The position numbers were made by a program, and so were the translations under genes. The notes below the pieces were generated by a model. That model did not search any database, was not told the origin of the DNA, and saw nothing but the letters and a program-made list of their open reading frames with translations. This document shows, one piece after another, positions 27,981 to 37,911 of a stretch of 64,000 nucleotides of DNA. Numbering within the stretch: the stretch's first letter is position 1; each line of letters begins with the position of its first letter. Origin of the DNA: Candidatus Woesearchaeota archaeon (GTDB lineage Archaea; Nanobdellota; Nanobdellia; Woesearchaeales; JAGLXL01). Where the stretch lies: the NCBI GenBank assembly GCA_030640025.1, contig DAOWKC010000002.1:68029-132028 (forward strand). Reading direction: 5' to 3'.

Positions 27981-29504
27981 TCATTTCAACCAGGTTTTTA
28001 TTTCTCTTAATTGTTTGAGATTATTTTTGTAAAGGTCACGAATATCTTTTATTTTCCAATATTCGGAAATAATTCTACCCATTCCCTGACCCCAGGCGAG
28101 GACCGGGCATTCAAAGCCCAGTAAAGGTTGGGTGACTTCAGGACGGAAGATACCAGCGCCGCCTAATTCAATCCATTCTTTTTTAACTGGATGGAAGACG
28201 TCAACTTCAATTGATGGTTCAGTGTAAGGGAAATGAGCCGGCCGCATTCTAACATCGGTGTAACCCATTTTTTTGTAAAATTCTTTAAGGTAACCTTTGA
28301 GATGTTTGAGATTAGCGTTGGGGTCGACGACGATGCCCTCGACCTGGTAGAATTCAAAGAGGTGTTTCCAATCTAAGGTTTCATTTCTAAAAACTTTGGC
28401 AACTGAAAAGAATTTGGCTGGCAAATCTTCTTTTTTTAATTGGGACAGGGTTTGAGCACTTAAGACTGTGGTATGGGTCCTTAAGAGAAGTTGCTTTGAT
28501 TCTTGTTCTGAGAACTGGTACTGCCAACCTTTGCTGCCAGTCTTGCCACCGTTTTCATGGACAGCTTTAATTTTAGGATAAAGTTCTTTTGGCAGAGAGC
28601 CTTGGGCTGGGTCTTGAAGATAAAAAGTGTCCTGCATTTCTCTGGCAGGATGGTCTTGAGGTACGAATAAAGAATCAAGGTCCCAGAAAGCAGTCTGGAC
28701 TAAGGAACCGGTCATTTCTTGGAAACCCATTTCTAACCATATTTTTTTGATGTAATCAACGGCTTCGGTAACAAAATGTTTTCGGCCAAAAGATGTTTGG
28801 GGGACATCGGCTTGGAGGTCATAATGGCGGAATTTTTTATTTTTCCAAGATTGGGTTTTGAGCATTGAAGACGTAAGGCGGTTAAGGACTTCTTCGTCTG
28901 ATATTTTTTGCTGGGTGAGTTGCTGGCCAAGTTTGGTGAGTTCGATGGTGCGTTCGGTGGAGTCCTCTATTTTGAGAATGTTTTTTCTTTTCTTTAATTG
29001 TTCAAAAGCAAATTTTTCTTCTTCTTGGAGCCGTTCTAAATCAAGAGGGAATTGTTTTTTGAGGAATTTTTCTTCTAAGGATTCTTTTTCGATGAATTTT
29101 TTACCTTGTTCAGTGATGTTGATCTTGCCGTCTTTGATTTCAATGGCAACTTTTTGTCTGAGAATACCAAGAATGGAGTTGAATTCTCCTGGATTGAGTT
29201 TTGATTTTTCCTGGAGTTGTTTGATAGTAAGAGGTTGTTCTTTGACAAGGTTCAGAATTAATTTTTCTGGTAATCCTTCCTGGAGGTATTTTTGGCCGTT
29301 TTGGTCTAGAGTAATAACTTTCTTTTTGTCTGTTTTGATTTCAAGGATATCTTTGTTTTTCAACCACTGTAAAGCACGCATGACTTCGACTTCTTGGAGG
29401 TTTGATTTTTTGACTAATTCTGGGAAGGATTTTTCTGTTTGGAGCAAAGGGACTATTTTTCTCTCTAAGGGATCAAGCATATCAATCAGTTTTTTCAATT
29501 CCAT
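27981..29504 (-). CDS. pheS: phenylalanyl-tRNA synthetase alpha subunit
   Basis: Class II aaRS motifs 2/3 (FRPE..., GxGxGxxR) with N-terminal winged-helix repeats. Confidence 0.9.
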   Translation of the reverse strand: MELKKLIDMLDPLERKIVPLLQTEKSFPELVKKSNLQEVEVMRALQWLKNKDILEIKTDKKKVITLDQNGQKYLQEGLPEKLILNLVKEQPLTIKQLQEKSKLNPGEFNSILGILRQKVAIEIKDGKINITEQGKKFIEKESLEEKFLKKQFPLDLERLQEEEKFAFEQLKKRKNILKIEDSTERTIELTKLGQQLTQQKISDEEVLNRLTSSMLKTQSWKNKKFRHYDLQADVPQTSFGRKHFVTEAVDYIKKIWLEMGFQEMTGSLVQTAFWDLDSLFVPQDHPAREMQDTFYLQDPAQGSLPKELYPKIKAVHENGGKTGSKGWQYQFSEQESKQLLLRTHTTVLSAQTLSQLKKEDLPAKFFSVAKVFRNETLDWKHLFEFYQVEGIVVDPNANLKHLKGYLKEFYKKMGYTDVRMRPAHFPYTEPSIEVDVFHPVKKEWIELGGAGIFRPEVTQPLLGFECPVLAWGQGMGRIISEYWKIKDIRDLYKNNLKQLREIKTWLK

Positions 29505-29632
29505 GGAGAATAAAAAATTGAGTTTTCTTTATAAAAGTAACGAGAAAATTGAAATAATTTTCTCTGATTTCAAAATTAATTTTGAAATAACAAGAAAAAT
29601 GAGAAAAAGAAAATGGCAAAAAAGAAAAATAA

Positions 29633-30451
29633 TTATTTGAGGAATTTTTCAGCTGGCTTCATATCTGACCAATTAGAGTTGAAAAGATCTTCAACAGCTG
29701 AAGCAAAAAAAGGTGTATTGACCCAGATACCAACATCATAAGTTGGATGGACATCCTGGTCGTCAAGCACCATAAAGGTCAAGTCTTTGCCATCAACAAT
29801 GCAGAATCGAGCTTTAACATGATTGACATGCCTGATATCGGCAATGCCTTTCATTTCTTTGACAGCTGATTTAGCTTCTTTGGTGATTGGAGCAGCAATC
29901 CTGATTTGGACGCCTTTTTTCTTAACAGCTTCAAGAGTTGATTTGAGGCCTTCGATTTTTCTTAAAAGACCTTGAGTAGTGGTCATGAGGGTAACACTTT
30001 TCTTGGCGTTTTTGATAGCGAGGTCGAGGTGATTATAGAGATTATGCCGGCCTCTGAGCGCACCAGAAAGTTCTGATGGTTCAACTAGTTCTATACCTTG
30101 GGTGTGTAGAGTTTCGAGTTCACCAAGAACTTCTGAATTTTTAAGACTGTCGAGACGTTTGACTTTTTCTTCTGCATTGAAGCGCATGTTTTTCTTGACG
30201 CGTTCAACAACTTCGGAAGGAGGCACAGTGAGGTATTTGATAGGTTTACCAATCTTGGCAATGACAAAACCTTTTTTCTCCAAGCTTTCCAGAACGTCGT
30301 AACTTCTGGATCTGGGAACATTGGCAATATCAGAAAGTTCACCGGCTGTAGAAACACCTCTTGAAAGTAAAGCAGCCCATAACTTTACCTCGTAAAGATT
30401 AAGATCAAAATATCGTCTTAATTTGCTTAAAAATTCTTCTTTGACAATCAT
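29633..30451 (-). CDS. TrmB-family transcriptional regulator
   Basis: N-terminal LYEVKLWAALLSRGVSTAGELSDIANVPRSRSYDVLESLEKKGFV wHTH typical of TrmB. C-terminal sugar-binding-like domain. Confidence 0.7.
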   Translation of the reverse strand: MIVKEEFLSKLRRYFDLNLYEVKLWAALLSRGVSTAGELSDIANVPRSRSYDVLESLEKKGFVIAKIGKPIKYLTVPPSEVVERVKKNMRFNAEEKVKRLDSLKNSEVLGELETLHTQGIELVEPSELSGALRGRHNLYNHLDLAIKNAKKSVTLMTTTQGLLRKIEGLKSTLEAVKKKGVQIRIAAPITKEAKSAVKEMKGIADIRHVNHVKARFCIVDGKDLTFMVLDDQDVHPTYDVGIWVNTPFFASAVEDLFNSNWSDMKPAEKFLK

Positions 30452-30610
30452 TTAACACACCCCTCCTCTTTTTTTGGATTAATTTAAATTTGTTACTACA
30501 ATGGAAGTAATTACTACTACTATTAAAATGTTACTATTTTTAAATTTTTTGTATTTGGAATATACTGAAAGGGAAATAGATGTTTGAACTTTTATTTTCC
30601 TTTGGTATGC

Positions 30611-32542
30611 TCAAAGGGATATTCTTCTCTTTAGTATATTGGTTTGAATCTTATGTTTGATGTCTTCTACACATTGAGGGTTTTTGAGAGTAGAAAGATT
30701 GCCGAGTGGTTTTTTCTTGATAAGATTTTTGAGGATGCGTCTCATAATTTTACCGCTGCGGGTCTTAGGAAGATCTTTAACAAAAATGATGATTTTAGGG
30801 CGGGCGATAGGGCCAATTGATTTTTCAACTTGTTTAATAACCTGTTTTTTAAGTTGTTCTGAAGGTTTTGATTTAGTGATTATAAAAGCGAGAGGAACTT
30901 CGCCTTTGATTTTATCTGGGAGAGCAATGACAGCAGCTTCAACAACTTGGGGGTGTTCAGTAATAGCATTTTCAAGTTCAGCAGTGGCCAAGCGGTGACC
31001 AGCTACTTTCATGATATCATCTGTCCGACCAGTGATGCGAAAGTATTTTTTTTGAGTATAAAGAGCGCCGTCTTTGGTGTAAAAATAATTTTTACATTTA
31101 CTCCAATATTCCTGACGATAACGTTTGGGGTTGTTGAGAATTCCCCTAAGCATACCTGGAGCAAATGGTGAAACTTGGACAAGATATCCTTCTTTGGCTT
31201 CGTGGCAGTCTTCATCAATAATTTTGTGACCGGTGCCAGGGAAGCTGAGGCCAGCAACAGTCGGGATAAAAGGACCTAAAGAAGGGAGGGTGGTGATCAT
31301 GTGGCCGCCAGTTTCTGTCTGCCACCAAGTATCGATGATGGGGCAGCGTTTTTTTCCAAGGTGATTAAAGAACCACATCCAAGCTTCATGATTGATAGGC
31401 TCGCCAACAGTGCCGAGGATTCTGAGGGAAGAGAGGTTGTATTTTTGAGGCCATTTTTCTCCAGCTTTGATGGCCATGCGAATAGCAGTGGGAGCAGTGT
31501 AAAAAATAGTGACTTGATATTTTTCAATGATTTGCCACCAACGTCCGCAATCTGGATAGTCAGGAGTGCCCTCGTAAATGATAATGGTGCCGGCATTGAG
31601 AAGAGGACCATAACAATTGTAAGTGTGGCCAGTAATCCAGCCAACATCAGCAGTACACCAGAAGATGTCATTTTCATGGAGGTCGAAACTAAGTCGGGTG
31701 GTGGTGGAAGCATAAGTGAGATAGCCGCCATGCGTATGGATGATACCTTTGGGCTGGCCAGTAGTACCACTAGTATAAAGGATGAAAAGAATATCTTCGC
31801 TGTCCATGGATTCAGGAGGGCATTCTCGAGGAACTTGTTTTTTGAGCTGGTGCCACCAGAATTGATTCTTTTTTAATTTGGGTTTGAGATTAGCTCGGTT
31901 AATAACCAAGGTTTTGATTTTATTTGAAATAGCCTGGTCAGCTTTTTCTTTGAGATTAATGATTTTGCCTCTTCTAAAGTAACCATCGCAGGTAATAAGG
32001 AATTTTGATTTGGCGTCTTTGATTCGTTGTTTTAATGATTCAGAAGAGAAGGCAGAAAAAACCACTGAATGGGGAGCGCCAAGGCGGGAGCAGGCCAGCA
32101 GGGCAATTTGGACTTCTGGAATCATGGGCAAGTAAATTGTAACAAAGTCGCCTTTTTTGACTCCAAGTTTTTTAAGGGTGTTGGCCATGAGGTTGACTTC
32201 TTGGTAGAGTTGCTGATAAGTAAGGGTTTGGGGTTTGCCTTTTTCTGGTTCCCAGATAAGGGCAGGTTTGTTTTTGTTTTTGGCGAGATGGCGGTCGAGG
32301 CAATTGTAAGAAGCATTAAGTTTGCCTTTGAGGAACCATTTGAAATAAGGAAGTTTTTCCTGGTAAATCTCTTGCCAAGGTTTAAACCAGTGGAGTTGTT
32401 TTGATTCTTCTGCCCAGAATTTTAATGGAGGTTTTTTGTAGATAGAAGGAGAGGAAATCCAAGCTTTTTTCTTTAATTCTTTTGAGGGCCACCAGATCTC
32501 TTTTTGGGGGTCTTTTTTGACCCACTTAATTTTTTTTACCAT
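30611..32542 (-). CDS. acs: acetyl-CoA synthetase (AMP-forming)
   Basis: AMP-binding motif YTSGTTGQPKG, WWQTETG, and C-terminal PKTRSGKIMRR. Confidence 0.9.
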   Translation of the reverse strand: MVKKIKWVKKDPQKEIWWPSKELKKKAWISSPSIYKKPPLKFWAEESKQLHWFKPWQEIYQEKLPYFKWFLKGKLNASYNCLDRHLAKNKNKPALIWEPEKGKPQTLTYQQLYQEVNLMANTLKKLGVKKGDFVTIYLPMIPEVQIALLACSRLGAPHSVVFSAFSSESLKQRIKDAKSKFLITCDGYFRRGKIINLKEKADQAISNKIKTLVINRANLKPKLKKNQFWWHQLKKQVPRECPPESMDSEDILFILYTSGTTGQPKGIIHTHGGYLTYASTTTRLSFDLHENDIFWCTADVGWITGHTYNCYGPLLNAGTIIIYEGTPDYPDCGRWWQIIEKYQVTIFYTAPTAIRMAIKAGEKWPQKYNLSSLRILGTVGEPINHEAWMWFFNHLGKKRCPIIDTWWQTETGGHMITTLPSLGPFIPTVAGLSFPGTGHKIIDEDCHEAKEGYLVQVSPFAPGMLRGILNNPKRYRQEYWSKCKNYFYTKDGALYTQKKYFRITGRTDDIMKVAGHRLATAELENAITEHPQVVEAAVIALPDKIKGEVPLAFIITKSKPSEQLKKQVIKQVEKSIGPIARPKIIIFVKDLPKTRSGKIMRRILKNLIKKKPLGNLSTLKNPQCVEDIKHKIQTNILKRRISL

Positions 32543-33597
32543 TCTAGTTTGAATCTCAAGATGGCAGCAATGCCGCCAAGGCCTTTAAGTTTTTGACCAG
32601 CTTCGTGTTCTGAGGAAATAATGTGAATGTTGCCTTTGGTTTGGTCGGTGGTTTTCATTAAGTAATCTAGTTTATCATAATTTTCTTTTTGCCGGTATTC
32701 TTGGATAAGTTTGTCAAGGATGAGAAGTTTTTCAGCAGCGCCAGCTTCAACTGCTTTTTTGGTTTCCCGATAGCCATAGGCCGCGAGATGATTTTTTGAG
32801 ATTTGGGTAAGGAGTTCCTCGACAAGTTTGGTTTCTTCTGCTAAATGGGAATTTTTAAGAGCTTGTTTTAATTCGGGTCTTTTAAGGACTTCATTAAGGG
32901 CTGATTCCTTGGCAGAAGAGCAAGTAGCTGAGACGATTTTCTTTTTGATTTTTTCATCGGTGACTAATTTGAGGAGGTCTTCTTTGTAAAAAGCAGGGCT
33001 GGCTAGGATAATGTTTTCTGGGTTGTAACGTTGGTTATATTCCTTGAGGGCTTTGATGATTTCCTGATAAAAGTTGCCTCTGGTTAAGGCACGTTTTTCT
33101 TTTTTAGCAACGTCGCCGTGGAGTTCAGTTAAGATTTGATAACCGTAATGTTTAGAGAGGGCAATAATAGCATCTTCCCGGTCAAAAAGGCAGATGAGAA
33201 AAATGTATTTTTTTTGGGTTGATTCTTTTAATTTTTGTTTTTGGTAGCTGAGCCATTTTTCTTTTTCAATGGTGATTTCGGTGTTTTCCTCGATGTTAAA
33301 GGTGTGGTAGCTGCCCCTGGGCAGGTCATCGGGGCCCTGGGTGATTTTGCCACTGATTCTGAGGATATTAGAATGGGGGCTGAATTCTATTTTTTCAACC
33401 TGGATTTGGAGGAAGACTGGTTTTCGAGTGACTTTTTGAGTACGTTCATCCGGTCCTGTTTTTTTTATTTTTCTCAAGGTTTTGCCTTTGATGTGATCTT
33501 TGGGGTCGATTAAGTGGCTTAAATACCAAAGATCGTCCAGAGTTTCAATTTTTATTTTAACCTGACCTTTTTTGAAGTCAGAATGGATAATTTTCAT
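32536..33597 (-). CDS. pelA: Pelota/Dom34 mRNA surveillance factor
   Basis: eRF1-like three-domain pattern. Size 353 aa. Confidence 0.8.
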   Translation of the reverse strand: MKIIHSDFKKGQVKIKIETLDDLWYLSHLIDPKDHIKGKTLRKIKKTGPDERTQKVTRKPVFLQIQVEKIEFSPHSNILRISGKITQGPDDLPRGSYHTFNIEENTEITIEKEKWLSYQKQKLKESTQKKYIFLICLFDREDAIIALSKHYGYQILTELHGDVAKKEKRALTRGNFYQEIIKALKEYNQRYNPENIILASPAFYKEDLLKLVTDEKIKKKIVSATCSSAKESALNEVLKRPELKQALKNSHLAEETKLVEELLTQISKNHLAAYGYRETKKAVEAGAAEKLLILDKLIQEYRQKENYDKLDYLMKTTDQTKGNIHIISSEHEAGQKLKGLGGIAAILRFKLEW

Positions 33598-33653
33598 AAA
33601 TAGGGAAGAATGATTAGATATTAAAAAAACTTTGTTTTTTCAAGTATAAATGT

Positions 33654-33731
33654 CAAGAATTTTTTGAAAAATTCTTGAGCATGATCAGGATTTTAAACAG
33701 GAAAATCCTGACATTTCAGGAAATTTTATAA
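33654..33731 (+). promoter_or_regulatory. promoter region with two perfect palindromes and a TATA-like box (TTTTATAAA at 33724-33732) ~25 nt upstream of a probable leaderless start at 33756
   Basis: The first palindrome is CAAGAATTTTTTGAAAAATTCTTG (33654-33677). The second is TCAGGATTTT-N7-AAAATCCTGA (33685-33711). A/T TATA-like element with purine-rich BRE-like sequence just upstream. Confidence 0.45.
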
Positions 33732-33755
33732 ATGACAAAGTTTTCTGTAGAATTG

Positions 33756-34946
33756 ATGAGAAGGAATAAAAGAGGTCAAGCTTCGGCAGCCGCAGCATTG
33801 ATTGCGATAATTGCTGCTTTGATTGTTCTATACATACTTTTTATTCCGCCATCTGAAAGAGCTAAGATTTTAGAAGGTGACGGATTAAATGGTGAAACTG
33901 GAATTGGGGTGAGTGTGGTAGAAGAGAATGAGACTTTGCTGCTAGAGAGTCCTGGTCGGATTGATTTTTTAAGTCAAAAAACAGTTGACCATGCAGTGCC
34001 CACGACGCATGTGTTTACGCGGACAGAAGGACTGGTTTTAGAGAAAAAGGCTTCTCTTTATATTAAAAAATCTCTATTTAGTTCAAAACAAGAAAATGTT
34101 TCGTTTAGGATTAGTGATTTGGTTAATACAGAAAATATTTTGTTGAGTGGGGTGGTGAAAGAAGGCCAAGGTAGATTGATGATTTTCTTGAATGAAAATG
34201 AAATTTATAATTCTGAGGTTAGGGGAAATATTCCGGCAATTGAATTGCCAAGGAGATTATTGAAGACGGACAATACTTTATTGTTTAAGGTTTCTTCACC
34301 AGGGGCTGCTTTCTGGAGAACAAATGAATATAGTCTAGAAAATGTTCAAGTGGCAGCTGATGTGACCAGTATAGAAGCCCAGTCAAGCAGAAGCTTGTTT
34401 TTGGTTTCAGCAACTGAGAAAAATAATTTAGATAGAGTTGCTTTGAAATTTGAACCTGACTGCACTAGGGATTCAGGCAGGCTTGATGTTTATATTAATG
34501 AGTATAATATTTATTCTGCAGTGCCTGATTGCGGCGGCGGAAGACTGAAATTAGAATTTTCACCAGCTTATTTGAGGATTGGAGAGAATGAACTAATCTT
34601 TAGGATTGGTTCTGGTGATTATTATTTGGACCACATTGCGATTCAATCTGAATTAAAAACAATTGATTTCCCGGTTTATTATTTTGAGCTTTCAGATGAA
34701 GAATTTACAGATGTTGAAGAAGGTGATTCTCAAGTAGTTTTAAGATTGAGTTTTATTGATTATATTGAGGAGAAAAGAGGAGAGATCATCTTAAACGGCC
34801 ATTTAAGTGGTTTTGACACCAAGGAATTAAGCTGGGAAACAGATGTTTCTGATGACATAGTCAGAGGTAATAATGGTGTGCAAATCAGGCCAAGGAAGAC
34901 TTTGGATATACGGGAATTAGAAGTTATTTTGGCTCCTTCTGAGTAA
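33756..34946 (+). CDS. secreted protein with class III (type IV pilin-like) signal peptide
   Basis: N-terminus MRRNKRG-QASAAAALIAIIAALIVLYILF has a short basic region, a G-Q putative prepilin peptidase site and a hydrophobic helix. The ORF track starts at 33732, but the TATA position favours the Met at 33756. Confidence 0.5.
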   Translation: MRRNKRGQASAAAALIAIIAALIVLYILFIPPSERAKILEGDGLNGETGIGVSVVEENETLLLESPGRIDFLSQKTVDHAVPTTHVFTRTEGLVLEKKASLYIKKSLFSSKQENVSFRISDLVNTENILLSGVVKEGQGRLMIFLNENEIYNSEVRGNIPAIELPRRLLKTDNTLLFKVSSPGAAFWRTNEYSLENVQVAADVTSIEAQSSRSLFLVSATEKNNLDRVALKFEPDCTRDSGRLDVYINEYNIYSAVPDCGGGRLKLEFSPAYLRIGENELIFRIGSGDYYLDHIAIQSELKTIDFPVYYFELSDEEFTDVEEGDSQVVLRLSFIDYIEEKRGEIILNGHLSGFDTKELSWETDVSDDIVRGNNGVQIRPRKTLDIRELEVILAPSE

Positions 34947-35117
34947 GACAGCGAAAAACAAGTTTTGCTGGGGTTTTTTAGCAAAAACCTTACGAAAATC
35001 AGAGATGCTCAGAAGCAAGCTTCTGGCACCAACTTTGTTGGTTTTCTAAGTTTTACTTTTGGAAGCAAAACTTTTTAAAGAATAAAGGTTTAGTTTTAGT
35101 TATTAAAAGAGGTTGGA

Positions 35118-37004
35118 ATGGCTAAATTAAGCAAAGAAGAAAGGAGGGAGATGGAGAGCGCAGAGTTACAAAGAAGAGCTAAAGCAGGTACAGCAAGTGA
35201 AGCAGAGAAAGAACGTTTAAAAGAAACGATTGCAAAAAAGAAAAGAGCTCAAGCACGACCAGCGCCTTCTCCAAAACCTGCTCCAACACCAAGTGCTCCT
35301 TCAACACCTGCTCCAAGCACGCCGGCTCCGACACCAGCTCAAGCTAAAGAAAGTTACTGGAAAAGGATGAGGGCTGGAGAAAGGCTTGGATCTGCAGCCG
35401 GCGGTATAAGGGATATTGGTAGTGGACTTTTAGGGCTTGGTGCAGGAGGAGCTGAAAAAGCAGCATCTTTGCCTGAAAGCTGGTTTATTTTATTAGTTCT
35501 TTTAGGAGCATTAGGGTCTATTTTCAAACGTTATATGGGTTATAACCCCGCTACTTATTTATCATTTTCAATTATTTTATTGGTTATTTTCTTGATGACA
35601 GTGAGGCATAACAAGACTTATGTGATTATAGTCCTGGTTACTTTTTTTATTGATACTTTTGGGACTCAGCTGCCGTTGTATTCCTTGCCAGACATGGTGA
35701 GTTTTATCAAAGGTTTTCTGGCTTTTGCCAATGTTTTCAGCTGGTTTTTCTTATCTTTGATTTTATTTTGGTTAAACTATTCTAAACTCCAAGAGGAAGG
35801 CAAGGAGACGTCTTGGCTGGGTTGGATAATTGTAGTGGGGACCTTTTTGTTGCTGATTTTTTACACGGTGCCGGCCCTAAAGAATACTTTACAAACACAC
35901 ACTGATTATTTTGGGATAGCTGAAGAACAATATGAAGAAGTTAAGGAAATTACTCAAGCTCGAGTTGAGGAGTGGAAAGAAGTTTATTATCGATTTGGCT
36001 GTTCATTGAGCCAACCGATGGATATTGAAGAGTGTACGATGAGGAAAATAGCAGAGGTGAGATGCAAGCCCTTTAAGGATGCGGGTGAAACAAAGAAGTA
36101 TGAAGAATGTATAAAAACTGAGATGGGATTAGGAGTGGCAGTGACAGGAATAGTTGACCCAGTGATGGATGAACCATTAGAATTAGTTTGGGAGCAAGGC
36201 CCAGAATTTGGAAAAACTGAAATTTTTTTAGTAGGTGTGCCAACTTTTACAGCTAAATTAAAAGTAAAAAATCCGAGAAAAGATAGATTAGATTTGAAAT
36301 TGAGTTGTAGTTTTGCTGATTTGGTTGATAAGGAAAATGTGAGCGGGTCTATTTTTTCAACTTTAGGCGAGGATTTTACTTTTGAAGAAAAATCAAAGGA
36401 AATTGAAGTGGTTTGTTCTCCACTAGAGATTTTAGAAGCAGGTAAAAGATACAGAGTAACTTATGAAGTAGAGTTGGTTGATTTTTCAACCAAGTCCAAA
36501 CTCCAGATGTTGTTTATTGGCGGAGGAAAGAAAGACAAGATAAAAAGGATGTTTAAGTCTGATTATTTTTTAGCTGGAAAATCAAGAGCGGCCAAGGATT
36601 TGGCGAGATTGAATTTAGACATGGGGAAAGAAGGTTATATTGAGGGTGTTGATGTGATTCAACTGGCATCTTCAGTTGAAAATATCGGTGGGGGAGAAAT
36701 TACTAATGTAAAAAAGGTTGAGATTGATTTGCTGGCGCCAGGCATTGGTGTTAATGATTTAGTCAAGACGCAACCTTGTACTTTAGAGGGTGAAACAACT
36801 TTATCAATTCATCCCCAGGTAATTTTGTCCCAAAAAAGACAAAAAGTAATTTTAGGGGGGGTATGTTTTTTAAGGTTAGGGAGTGCTTTAAAAAATCCAG
36901 AAGAATTTTTGAAAGTGGTGGAATTTCATGGCGATTTAGTTTATTCGTATCAGACTAAAGGTGAATTTTTTACTCCAACAATTAAAGTGGTGGGAACAGG
37001 ATGA
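35118..37004 (+). CDS. large membrane protein (cytoplasmic coiled-coil N-terminus, Pro/Ala/Thr-rich linker, 5 TM helices, ~380-aa extracytoplasmic Cys-containing domain)
   Basis: Hydrophobic segments at ~aa 120-250. PAPSPKPAPTPSAPSTPAPSTPAPTP linker. No catalytic motifs recognised. Confidence 0.5.
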   Translation: MAKLSKEERREMESAELQRRAKAGTASEAEKERLKETIAKKKRAQARPAPSPKPAPTPSAPSTPAPSTPAPTPAQAKESYWKRMRAGERLGSAAGGIRDIGSGLLGLGAGGAEKAASLPESWFILLVLLGALGSIFKRYMGYNPATYLSFSIILLVIFLMTVRHNKTYVIIVLVTFFIDTFGTQLPLYSLPDMVSFIKGFLAFANVFSWFFLSLILFWLNYSKLQEEGKETSWLGWIIVVGTFLLLIFYTVPALKNTLQTHTDYFGIAEEQYEEVKEITQARVEEWKEVYYRFGCSLSQPMDIEECTMRKIAEVRCKPFKDAGETKKYEECIKTEMGLGVAVTGIVDPVMDEPLELVWEQGPEFGKTEIFLVGVPTFTAKLKVKNPRKDRLDLKLSCSFADLVDKENVSGSIFSTLGEDFTFEEKSKEIEVVCSPLEILEAGKRYRVTYEVELVDFSTKSKLQMLFIGGGKKDKIKRMFKSDYFLAGKSRAAKDLARLNLDMGKEGYIEGVDVIQLASSVENIGGGEITNVKKVEIDLLAPGIGVNDLVKTQPCTLEGETTLSIHPQVILSQKRQKVILGGVCFLRLGSALKNPEEFLKVVEFHGDLVYSYQTKGEFFTPTIKVVGTG

Positions 37005-37873
37005 AAAAAATAATTTGTTTGGTTTTGATTGGAATGATTTTTTTAGTTGGTTGTGATACTTTGGGTTCGTTTTTTGGAGAAACAGAAAGAGCTAAGTTTG
37101 TAGATTATAAAAAAGGGATAAGTGGTTTAGAAATTGGAAGTGTGGAGGGCCTGCCGCCAAGTGAACTTTATGAAGGGGGTAATTTTAAAATTGCAGCCAA
37201 ACTGCAAAATAAAGGCGGTTATGATCTTCAAAGAGGAACAATTGAAATTGCTGGTTTTGATAGAAGATATATTGTTTTAAACCAGGAACCAAAAAGAGAT
37301 TTGCCGCCAATTGCAGGAAAAAGTATAACCGGCACTGAGGGAGGATTTTATATTGAAGAATTTGACGGGCAGGTTCTGAGGCGTTTGGATAAGGCAAGGG
37401 AATATGAGGCCAATTATTACCTAGTAGCTACTTATGATTATCGTTCAGAAGCAAAAACAGATGTTTGTATTAATACAAATCTTTATTCAGATTTGAGATT
37501 ATCTGAAGACAGCTGCAAGCCAGAAGAAAGCATTAGTTTGGGGGGCCAAGGAGCACCAATCTCAATCACCAAAGTTGAAGAAGTGATTGTGCCTGAAGGT
37601 GACAGAACCAGGATTGTTTTTAGACTTTATTTGAAAAATAAAGGGGATGGAGTCTTAACCAGTCCAATAACTATTGAAGAAGTGAAATTATCCAATCAAA
37701 GGTTGAGTTGTGAGCAAAGTTTCTTGGAGTTGGAGGAAGAAGATAATGTAGTGGTTTGTGTTGCTTATGAAAATCAACCAGCAAATTATATAACTCCTTT
37801 TTATGCAGCAATAAGCTACACTTATCAAATTGTAGAGCAAAATAGTTTTACGATTAAAGGCATAAAGGTTTAG
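37001..37873 (+). CDS. lipoprotein, family paralog 1 (LVGC lipobox)
   Basis: MKKIICLVLIGMIFLVGC signal + lipobox. Shared motifs TEGGF and GGQGAPISI with the next two genes. Confidence 0.55.
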   Translation: MKKIICLVLIGMIFLVGCDTLGSFFGETERAKFVDYKKGISGLEIGSVEGLPPSELYEGGNFKIAAKLQNKGGYDLQRGTIEIAGFDRRYIVLNQEPKRDLPPIAGKSITGTEGGFYIEEFDGQVLRRLDKAREYEANYYLVATYDYRSEAKTDVCINTNLYSDLRLSEDSCKPEESISLGGQGAPISITKVEEVIVPEGDRTRIVFRLYLKNKGDGVLTSPITIEEVKLSNQRLSCEQSFLELEEEDNVVVCVAYENQPANYITPFYAAISYTYQIVEQNSFTIKGIKV

Positions 37874-37911
37874 AAAGATTTATATAAAAAATAAGTCTTA
37901 TTTTGGTTATT

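Noticed and set aside
28858-29640. 260-aa ORF on + strand
   Set aside because: Lies entirely antisense to the well-supported pheS gene. It has low-complexity Ser/Phe-rich translation and no start context, so it is a shadow ORF.
31297-31876. Two overlapping ORFs (157 aa minus-frame and 191 aa plus-strand) inside acs
   Set aside because: Embedded in or antisense to the acetyl-CoA synthetase gene, whose AMP-binding motifs read cleanly; alternative-frame artefacts.
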